The notes beneath the pieces were generated by a model, which had not been told where the DNA came from, did no database searches, and saw only the letters and a list, made by a program, of their open reading frames with translations. A stretch of DNA of 63,304 nucleotides, filler included, from Sphacelaria rigidula (taxonomy: Eukaryota): NCBI GenBank assembly GCA_964200075.2. It is 10 parts of 10 records of this genome, joined end to end, with 100 filler letters (N's around TTAATTAATTAA, not from the genome) between each part and the next. Parts side by side here need not be neighbours in the genome. Positions count along the whole stretch, not along the records: positions 6,342 to 12,582 come from CAXNAA020021289.1; positions 12,683 to 18,923 come from CAXNAA020021290.1; positions 19,024 to 25,264 come from CAXNAA020021291.1; 7 more parts are not named here. One strand, 5' to 3'. Position numbers and translations under genes: made by a program. Within the stretch, counting starts at the first letter, position 1, and each line of letters opens with the position of its first letter. This document shows positions 11,697 to 21,300 of the stretch, one piece after another.

Positions 11697-11995
11697 GTAC
11701 TCATGATCATGCATGCCATATCATAAGAACATTGACCTCGCATCCCCACGAAGCCGGGACTGAGCACGCCGGGTTTTCGCCGGACCAGGGTTGCACTCAA
11801 ATCACCAAGCGTAAAGCGCCATGGTGTGTTCGGCGAGTCGCATGAAGGGTGAGCTGCATCCTGCTAAGATTGTTCGGCCCGAAGCCTACTGATTATCTTG
11901 CATTTGGATGACAGCCAACAATGAGTTGCTTCATTCTGTGGTATTGCCACTTCCAGAGACAGCCACGACTTTTACACTGCCTCATGGGTGTCTAA
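11697..11995 (-). mobile_element. Family B retroelement copy
   Basis: Full 300-bp core. Imperfect TSD CCAAACACAATGGAGGGG (11678-11695) vs CCAGACACAGTGAGAGGGG (11996-12014). Confidence 0.85.
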
Positions 11996-12813
11996 CCAGA
12001 CACAGTGAGAGGGGGGGGGGAAGAAAGATGGCCGTGGACCTGGGTTGCGATTCAGCCGTTCGAAAACCATATTATTTTGGCGGAAAAGCCTCATTCGCGA
12101 GCATTATAGAAGCGAGACGCATACACTGCCACAGCATCAACATATAATTGAAGATCAGAATAATAGGGCCTGAAAAAATAGACTATAAAGGGAGAGCGAG
12201 CACAAAATAAAAACATGAACAGATATCCACCAACAGAGCAGAAGCCGAAACGTCGTCAGTCAAAAGTCGAGAATCGCTACCGTTGCAACTCAAGGACGGC
12301 AGTGACTAACCGAGAGGATACTAGAGGGATGTGGCATTTTTCGCGTTACCCAAGACTCTTCCACCCATCGCTAGTCAGCGACAAGGGGAAACAACGTACA
12401 CCAATCGTGCCACTGCGCCGTGGATTGGTTTTCAACACGACTGCTAGAGTTAACAGAGCACTGAAATAGACATTTCATCAGTACCGTCGTGGATGAGCAA
12501 AATCGCACTTCATCTTTTTTTCTTTTCTTTTTTCCTTACACTTTGAACCCCTCCCCTTCCTCGGGATGAGTCCGTGGCCTCANNNNNNNNNNNNNNNNNN
12601 NNNNNNNNNNNNNNNNNNNNNNNNNNTTAATTAATTAANNNNNNNNNNNNNNNNNNNNNNNNNNNNNNNNNNNNNNNNNNNNCGAAAAACCGATCATCTG
12701 TTTTCCAGACTATCGGTCGCCCCGGTGGCTCAGAAGATTACGAGGTTACCAACTGAGCCACCGGGGCGACCGATAGTCTGGAAAACAGATGATCGGTTTT
12801 TCGGTAAGTGTTT

Positions 12814-13890
12814 TCAGCAAATCGCGAACGATAACTTCCATGTCTTTGATGAAGATAAACACAGCGCTTTTTTTAAGCAAGTCCATAATGGGGCGTATCC
12901 GTTTGGACAGGTTAGGCAAACCTTTGCGATAGTAGGACAGTTCACCCAATAATGAGCGAAGCTAAGTGATGTTAGTGGGCATTGGCAATTCAGCCATTGC
13001 TCTGACTTTGCTGGTTTCCGGGTGTAGACCTGCCCGTGAAATCGAATGTCCCAGGAAATCCAGTTCAGTAGCGCTAAGGCGAGCTTTGGATGAAGACAGT
13101 TCCAAACGTGCGTCCGTAGCCGAGGAAAAAACTCTCGTGATGTGAGCACATGCGCAATAGGGGAGGCATCGAAGGCGACAGCGTCGTCCAAGTACATGAT
13201 CACGTGTTCGAGATTCTCTGTGACGCGTTGCATGAAGCGTTGGAAACAACCTGGTGCAGCGGCGGCGCCTTGTGGCATACGGAGCCATTCGTAGAGCCCG
13301 GAAGATGTACAGAATGCTGTCAGTGGGGCTCTATCAGGGTGAAGCGCTCTCTAGGAAAATTCAGAAGCGAGATCGAAAGTACTGAATATTTTGCTTTCGC
13401 CGAGAGAGTCGAAGACTTCATATATGCGAGGGATTAAAAGTTTTCCCACCACAGTAACGCAGGATGCAGCTCACCCTTCATGCGACTCGCCGAACACACC
13501 ACGGCGCTTCNNNNNNNNNNTCCGTCCCGGCTATGTAGGGATGCGAGGTCAATGGTCTTTATGGCTATGGCATGCATGATCATGAGTACACCACAGTAAC
13601 GCGATTTAGTCGTTGATGATTCACGATGATGCGTATGTTTCCATCCTTTTTGGGGACTACCACTAGGGGTGAGGCCCATGGAGAGGAGGAGTGTTGGATT
13701 AATCCGGCACCTGAGTACGCATCTAAGATGACGTTATCGTTTTTTAGTGAGGACAAGGTTTGTCCGATACGGTCGAGAGGAGCTTGGCGAAACGCCAGGT
13801 TAATGTGTGATTTCAAAAGGCAGCGTTTTGCAATGCCCCAGATCCGTTTTGAATCGAGAGAATCGATCTTGGTACTCCGATAAAACATCG
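12814..13890 (-). pseudogene. Gypsy reverse transcriptase domain (frameshifted, interrupted by a family B insertion)
   Basis: AGLIQHSSSPWASPLVVVPKKDGNIRIIVNHQRLN; MPQGAAAAPGCFQRFMQRVTENLEHVIMYLDD; ELDFLGHSIS. Confidence 0.88.
13461..13588 (+). mobile_element. Family B retroelement inserted into the Gypsy RT
   Basis: Perfect 14-bp TSD CACCACAGTAACGC (13447-13460 and 13589-13602). The element ends CATGATCATGAGTA(C). Confidence 0.9.
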
Positions 13891-16800
13891 CTCAATTCTT
13901 TGATTGCAGCGGGTTCTCAACTGGGTCCGTGTAGGTCAAAGTTGATGTCACGTAAATGGGGTGGAAGTCGATTTCACGTGTGCGAGAAACGTCTCCGAGA
14001 TTCTGGTTATAGGAGTTGGAGCACTTTAGCAGGAGGGTCGAAAGTTGATTATGCAGGGTCGACGGCGTGGATACACGATGGAGACAAAGAGGCTACGTCG
14101 AAATAAGGCTTATCGATGCAATTGACAGAACACTCTGTCGTTGGCGCCGAGTTGGACGCCGAGGGTTCAGTGGCACATGTCCCAAGTGGAATGGGCATCA
14201 GGGGAGCAGCAGCGATACACAAAACATCACCGGGTTCCAAGTTAGCATGATCCATGAGGGATAAAAGTTATTTTCCTACTGCTCCTGAGCAAGCATTTCG
14301 GCGAGGTAATATCCCGTAAGGGCAAGCATGCCATTTCGGCGAACGAGAGGGCAACTTCTAACAGTTGAGGATCATCGGAGAGGGTAACACCAGCACTACC
14401 ACCGTATCTATCGTGATAAAGCTCCGGTAGCTTGTTCATTTTTTCGATAGGCCAAGGCGCCGTGGAGCGTACCGATATGTTCAAGATTGAGTTCTCTGCG
14501 AGGCGCAGACTGTGATAATTGTGATAGCGTGCGGTAGGTGCGTTGATCAAACCGCATGTGACGATATCTGCCCATTAGCAAGGCGTGAGCCATGGTGCTG
14601 TCGGAGACGACATATGCCCAGACTACAAGGCTGGCAGAACGAATTGTGTTGTGAAAGAATTGCACACTAAGACGAACCGATTTTCGTGTGATCGAAGGTG
14701 CGGTGGAGTCGCCGAAACCGCCCCATACTGGAGGCTGGGTGGTGATCGCAAGCTGCTGAAGCAGCGTCAATTCGTTTCATGTGTTGAGTAATGCTACGGT
14801 AGGGGTGCACTTTTTGCACGAAATCTCGTCTGGTTCAGGGGCTCCTAACGATTCTAGATGCACAAGAATATGGGCCAGGGCACCCTCGTTTGCACATTCA
14901 GTCGGGGTATCCCCAGCGCATTGGGAAAGTCATCCTGGCGTACTCTCACATATTTCCATGAGTCGTGGTTTGGATGAGATCAAGTGCTCCTAACAATTCT
15001 AACCTCAGAAAATATTAGTGCACCCCTACCGGTGCATCACTCTGTTCCCACATTGATTCACGGATAAATGTTTGTGGGCTGCCATTATCTCACAAGGAGA
15101 CACATTTGGCCGGCTCGGTGGCGTATGGCCGACAAAGGATCGCTACGCGAGTAGTAAAAGTGGCAGGACCAACCGACACTTTACCTCCGACAAGATCCGG
15201 ACCATGTTCAGCCAAGGTAAATTGATGGGGATCAGCAGTGCTGACGGCGAAAACAGACGACGGGTCATCCGCCGGGGGATCAATTTTCTCGCCAGAAAGT
15301 ATGGTGGATGGTATGTAATCCCCAGGGTTGGCACCGCTCGGCTGGACATTAGCAACTTCATTGATTACCGTGTTAGGAAGAGAGAGATCAACGCCTTAAG
15401 CGGACCCATGCTGTTCGTTGCTAGGGTCATCCATAGAAGAGGCAGGAACATCCGAAATATATTTTTTGGATTCTTCTGCGATGCGTGAGGAATTCATCGA
15501 ACTCAAAGCCATCGCATGTTGGAGGTAATAAGGTCGAGATTTTCCGCTCGAGGGAGGTTTACGTGTGAATGCGCGCGCTACCGTGGGAGCATGTTCACGG
15601 GGGTTCCTCTCGCGCCGTAACAAGGGGCGGGGAGCTTTCAAAGTGTTTAGGGAAACCTCAAGTGCGTCCAGTCGGGTGAATGGAGTCATCGCTAGGGCAT
15701 GCTCGGGCGAAGCTTGTGGACTTTACGTTGGTAAGCTTGGCTAAGGAGTCATAGCCGAATGTAAATTAGGGCAGCTTTTGTGAGAGTCATTCAGGGGTAG
15801 CTTCGCGTGGTGCAATGAACGCGAAGAACGAGCTTGTTCGACCTCGTGGGTGTTATTTGGCTTGAAGTGGTCAAATTCAGACCAGTGACACTTGAAGCAG
15901 TCGAGTGAAGTACACTACTGCCTGTGCGTGCGGTCGCTGAGGAAAGCCTTTGCCTCAGAGACGGGTGGTTGGTCTTCCCACACCTCAGATTTAGACTCAC
16001 TTCTGGAGGACCAAGCCTAAAGCCGAGCGTAGAGCTAGGTCGTGAGTCAACGCAACTGGTCCGCTGTGTGCGAAGAGGTGAAGACAGGGTCGATATGAGC
16101 GACCGCCGTCAGTACTCGTGCATAGTGCCGGGCAGACGGAGTGAGAAAGCTTCGTCACTCTTTCCGCGGGTGGTGTTGAAAGATTCTTCGTGTGTGCTTT
16201 CGGTGGTGCCGAAGACGCAAAACCGCCGGCGTCGGCACGTCATCATGGATCAGTACGATCAGTCATAAATGAACCAGGGTTTCTGGTATTAGGGTTCGAG
16301 CGATTGTGATTCGGCCCCGTGCGCTGTTGTCCATATCAGCGGAATTCTGGTGACGGTGAGGAGAACCCTGTCTTCCCCGAGGACCGGAGTTTTCATAGTT
16401 GTTGGGGCAACGGTCGCGATGTGAGCGAGTGTTGTCGCGGTTGTTGGAACGATGACGAAAGTCACGGTGGGGTGCACGGTATTCACGACGCGTTTTTGCC
16501 ATCGGCACCACGCTGGTTTGTTCTCCTGCAGATCAGGGTTCATGAGGTCGAAGGCGTTGATACAAAAACGAGTACAATCGCGCATATTGTGGTCTCGGTT
16601 GTTACAGCTGATGCAACAATTCGCGTGGCGGCTGAAGGCATCTTGCCTGGCAGCGGGCGAGAGAAGTGGATTCCAAAAATGTGGATCCTATGTTGTAAAT
16701 GCTGAAGTAAAAACAGTATCAACATCATCCCAAGCCTTAGCGAAGTACGGCCACCCATTAAAACTGGCGCAAAACGGATATTGCTTGTTAGCAACGTTCA

Positions 16801-18855
16801 TGATAGAGCCGGTGACTGAGGCGGGTAGATTCTTCTAACATGGTAGAGTTTTTTCATATCCATCTGGAAGTATTCTCTCTGGATGGCGGCGACGCGGGTA
16901 GATTCAGTTCGAGCGGCGGCCGCTGCTGCACTAGCTGCGGCTTGCTCTCGATCGGCGGCAGCAGCGGCCAGAGTGCGGGCCGAAGTGGAGGACAACGGTT
17001 TACCCGAGTTGTTGTCATCCAAAAGGCCTAAAATTTGACTCGAAACGTCTGCTAAGCGCGATGTAGCGCGACTTAGTTCGGCAGAAACCGACGGAGGCGA
17101 GTTCGTGGCAGACCGAATCCTGGGCTTGATGGAAGAAGAGCTCGACGAGCCTGCTCTCTGGTGTGCCCTGTTCAAGCCGGTGGTGGGACGGGTCACCCGG
17201 TGTGGTTGGGTCCACCCAGAGGAGGAGCATGAACCTCCGTGGTGGTTGCGAGAACCGCCGCCGCGGATGCGCTCGTGGTCGGCAACATCATGCCTGTGGC
17301 GTCGGCGACGAGGGGTCACCGAGATCCAGCCGCCGTCACCTTGGGCTGTGGCGGACTTGGAGGTGGCGCGTAATGCGCCGAAGAGCTCGACAACGGACAG
17401 TTGGTATGAGGTGGTGGTTTGTTGGATGTGGCGGACTAATTGGCCAGTGGTGAGCGGAAGGGGACCATCGGGGCGACAGACCCCGTCATGGTCCAGATAG
17501 GACACCACTGCGCCCTGGTGTGGTCGAACGAGCGCTAGCCAAGCGTCACGAAAACTTCGCCGAGGATTCGTGAGGGTGTACTTGCTCGCAGGAGCCTGCA
17601 CAGAAAGCGTGAATCAAGGGATGTCATCGCAGTGGATGGAGAAGCGGCACGGTTTGGCACCGGTGTCAGGGCGGGCGGTCGGAGTAGTGGGGTTGGGGAT
17701 GGCGTGCGGTGGGAGCGAGGAGCGGCAAGAGCTTGAGAGGATCGGTGCTGCTCTATGTGGGAGTCAATTTCCTGCAGCCGCGGGGTAGTCTGCTGTATCT
17801 GGGCCGTCCTGCCTCCTAATGTCCTGTAGCCGCGCGGTAGTGTGCTGTATCGGGGCCTCCTGACTGGCGGCCATATTAACCCATTCCTGCGTCGTCGCGC
17901 GGGTCTCAGTCAGCGAGCGTTGAGCAGCTGTACGTGCGTTCTCGACTCGTGAGCGCACCTCCTCTAGTTTGCGGAGTGGAGCGTGATACTCCTCGGTGGG
18001 GAGTGTAGACGCCGCTGCCTCTGCATTGCGTTGCCGATTGGTGAAATAGTTCATCATGGCGTGGGCAGCATACTCTTGTATGAGTTGTTCTTGGGCAGCG
18101 CGGCCATGGGCCGTGAAAATACGTGGGAGCAGCCCGGGTGGACAGTGCTCCGGACCCAACCGTGGGCGGTCCTGCTGCGGCGAGGGCGCAGGGTTGGTCG
18201 GCGCGACAATAGATGCAGGAGGGTTTGAAGCGGATGCGAATGCACAAGGGGCCCGGGAGCCAGTGTGAGAGTACCACTATCGGCGTCGGTGTCGGCGACG
18301 GTGGCGGTCGCGGCGGTGGCGGCAGCGGGAGCTGGTGCTGGGGCAGCAGAAACTGCGGCTTTGGGGGCGGCGATGGGGAGCGGAGATATGGGGTTGTCCA
18401 CAGTTGTTGGTGCTATGCGCGCTGTATATCGGCAAGTTGTTGTCGTAAGGAATGGATGACTGTCGTGGCAGAGCGGGCAGAGACATCACGTGTGAGTGAG
18501 CCCAGCGACGGCGATGGTGTAAGTCGTACGGCGGTTGGTCACTGGGATGCGCTATCGACGGTTCCTGTGCTGAAGGGAGATCTGAAAAGACACCCCTCAT
18601 GACGTCAGCGTGAAGAGTAATATTATCACGTGGGGAGCGTCGACGGGAAGAAGCCCTCGAGGCAGTAGAAAGGCGGGAGGAACGAGAGGCATGTCTCGAA
18701 CTGCCGTCACGGTGATGCGTCGGTCGGTCGTTTCCATCGACGGCGTACCGAAGGTAAGGCGACAGGGAGTGTGGGGGTGAAAGCCGAGGTCCAGCGCGTG
18801 GAGGCGCGCGTTGTCGCGGCTGATCTTCTGCAGCAACTGGTATACCGGAGGGGGC

Positions 18856-18923
18856 GTACTCATTTGTTGCTTGCCTTAGTCGTTCGACCATTGACCACGC
18901 ATCCCTTTCGAGACGGAGCACCG
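18856..18923 (-). mobile_element. Family A LINE 3' end at contig edge
   Basis: Reverse complement reads ...GGATGCGTGGTCAATGGTCGAACGACTAAGGCAAGCAACAAATGAGTACGCCCCC. Confidence 0.85.
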
Positions 18924-19023
18924 NNNNNNNNNNNNNNNNNNNNNNNNNNNNNNNNNNNNNNNNNNNNTTAATTAATTAANNNNNNNNNNNNNNNNNNNNN
19001 NNNNNNNNNNNNNNNNNNNNNNN

Positions 19024-19100
19024 TTGGATGAGATAAGGGGCTCCTAACAATTCTAATCTCAGAAATTATTTCTGCACCCCTACCGTAGCATGACTCTGTG
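19024..19100 (-). repeat. Fragment of the same Gypsy family
   Basis: TTGGATGAGAT..G.GCTCCTAACAATTCTAA.CTCAGAAA..ATT..TGCACCCCTACCG matches ~14970-15045. Confidence 0.7.
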
Positions 19101-19485
19101 GCCTCATATGCGAGGTATATACCGTCATACCAGGATACACGTCTCAAGCCGAAGCGTCGTATCTATGTTCACAGGTGTGTGAACATACACTCGGGTAATC
19201 AGTCTGCTGGATCTCTATTCATCAAAAGCTGTTGGGAATTATTCATCCTTTAGCCCATGTATACATGAACTGGGGGGCAAAAGGATTAATCACTCAACAT
19301 TTGTTTTTGCGTGTCAGATCCGATACGCTGATAACGGTGCAGTATGCGGAATATGTCCAGCTGACGCTGTTTGTAATAAATATCGTTTTGCCCGATTTCC
19401 GGATGAATTGGAGGGCAAAGTGAAGATTTATTTTGAGCTTCTTCTGCTGTCCGAATTCTAAATCTGTCAGTGTGCATGGGATTTG

Positions 19486-19735
19486 CGCAGCAGAAAAAGC
19501 TGTTCGAAATAGATTATTTTTTTGCCCAATTTAAACGGGCGAAAAATTATATATTTTGAATGGGTTCTTCTGTTCGAAAGAGTTTGTTTTTTGCCCGAAT
19601 AAATTGGACGAGAAAAAGATCTGTTTTGAATAGCTTTTCCTGCTGCCCGAGGTATATTCCTTTTTGCCCAATTTATTTGGGCAAAGAAAGGCTTTATCTC
19701 GGACAGCAGGAGAAGCTATTCAAAATATATAAATT
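19486..19735. repeat. Array of alternating inverted 27-bp units with palindromic spacers
   Basis: CAGCAGAAAAAGCTGTTCGAAATAGAT (19488), its near reverse complement (~19618-19644) and a direct copy (~19704), separated by TTTGCCCAATTTA..GGGC(G)AAA palindromes. Confidence 0.6.
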
Positions 19736-21300
19736 CACAGCTTTTGTTCCAAAGTAATTTGGAATTTTTCAAAACACAGAAGGAATTTTCAAAGTTGGGA
19801 GGGCCTCTCCATAAGGGGATGTTTGCAGGGTTTCGACAAAAACGCTATGCAAAATGCTAGTAGAGGTACTAGGGTTTGCAAATGCAATACAGGGTTTCTC
19901 ACTAAAGACTGTGAAGGACCCTGTGCAGCACGTTCTACAGGGTGTTATCTGTCCACGTGTGAGGGGCGTGGTGTCCGCAGGGACCGGCTCGATAGGTTTT
20001 GAAAAAGTCGATCCTGAGGTGTTATAGACGACCATGCGGTCCTCCAGGCACGCGGTCCTCTCACGCATTGCACTCAAGCCAGGTGAAAAATGGGTGCAGC
20101 GTCTAGGCTACGATCCGGGCCAGCCAACAATGATTGTTGAATGTTTTCGGGTCCGGCGGCGTTACATTTGAGAGTGAGGCACTGAAATTCGGACACATAA
20201 TCATGAACACGCGCAACATTTCTCGGGACGCCCAGAAGAAACCCAAAGGAAGAGCGATTTGAAATTCCAGAAAAGACTGGAAAATTGTCATAACTCGTGG
20301 GAAAATTACACACGGCGGCATCTCAGAAACGCTGTTCGTACTTGCGTGCATGAGATCCTGATGAAAAATCGGCCAGAAACTCCTAAATTGGGCTCAGCCT
20401 GGCCCCTTTTGTGTGACACCGCTGCGTCCCTGTCATCCAAGTGATACAGGAAACTCCAGTTATGGATGTCATGGGTTCGAATCCCGACATATTCTCTCGT
20501 GTGCAGAAATTGGTTCCGTCGTAGAGGTAATATTTCATGACGTACACATTTTCGTAATATCGTCAGAGGTAGAGGGTCTATGAGCAGGTTGGCCGCAGTT
20601 CACAGCGATATGTCTTTATCGGACTCATTGTGTGACGTGCGTTTGTACGTGGTACGGCTGGCCCAGCTCGTATGGATTTCGCTTGCACGACCTGCGCCAT
20701 CGTCGTGATCCTGACAGAACTGCACGCGTCACCAGGGGTCACGTCCACGTAGCGACATGTGAAATGTCAACACGATACGACGAGTCCCACACAGTTGGAG
20801 CATGTAGAAACAACGTAAGCACTGCTTATATTCCTCATCATGTTTCCCCTTTCGTCTGCCCTGACATATGTCAACGGCGCAGTCAACACTCCAACCCCAA
20901 ATACACGAAACACATGACTCGCTCCCCTCCGGATGGGTCGTTGGAGGACCTGTGGTAATCGTTGTAATTGCTGAAGCGGAAAAAATATACAGGTACAACT
21001 GTAGCCACGCCTCCGTGAGAATGATTTCCCCCGAAATTACGTGATGGCGTAGGCCAACAACGACAGCACGAACAACATCACACCAGGAACAACTTCACAA
21101 GACCAACGTATGAACTACTCGAGGATGAAAAATCAAACGCCATCTTGTACAGGCACGGCACCGCATTTTGCCTTCAACATCATGGCAACAGGCGATCCGG
21201 ATGCATGTGTCCATAGCAGCACTTCCAACACAGAGACCAACTGGGCAGACCTTGTCGGACCCCTCCGGGGGAGAACGCCATCGCAACAGCACGGGCAATC

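Larger units (their letters stand above)
12753..18850 (-). mobile_element. Decayed Ty3/Gypsy LTR retrotransposon internal region (gag-protease-RT); LTRs and integrase not seen in the contig
   Basis: Order on the minus strand: low-complexity gag ORFs (18401-16798), zinc knuckle CISCNNRDHNMRDC (16574-16615), protease remnant VALLNT* (~14778-14797, cf. ALLDTG), RT SSPWASPLVVVPKKDG, MPQG...FQRFM and YLDD (13183-13194), then FLGH. Many stops and frameshifts. Confidence 0.88.

Noticed and set aside
12683..12803. Perfect 51-bp inverted repeat
   Set aside because: It starts exactly at the contig edge and mirrors Gypsy coding sequence with 100% identity, so it is most likely a fold-back read or assembly artefact.
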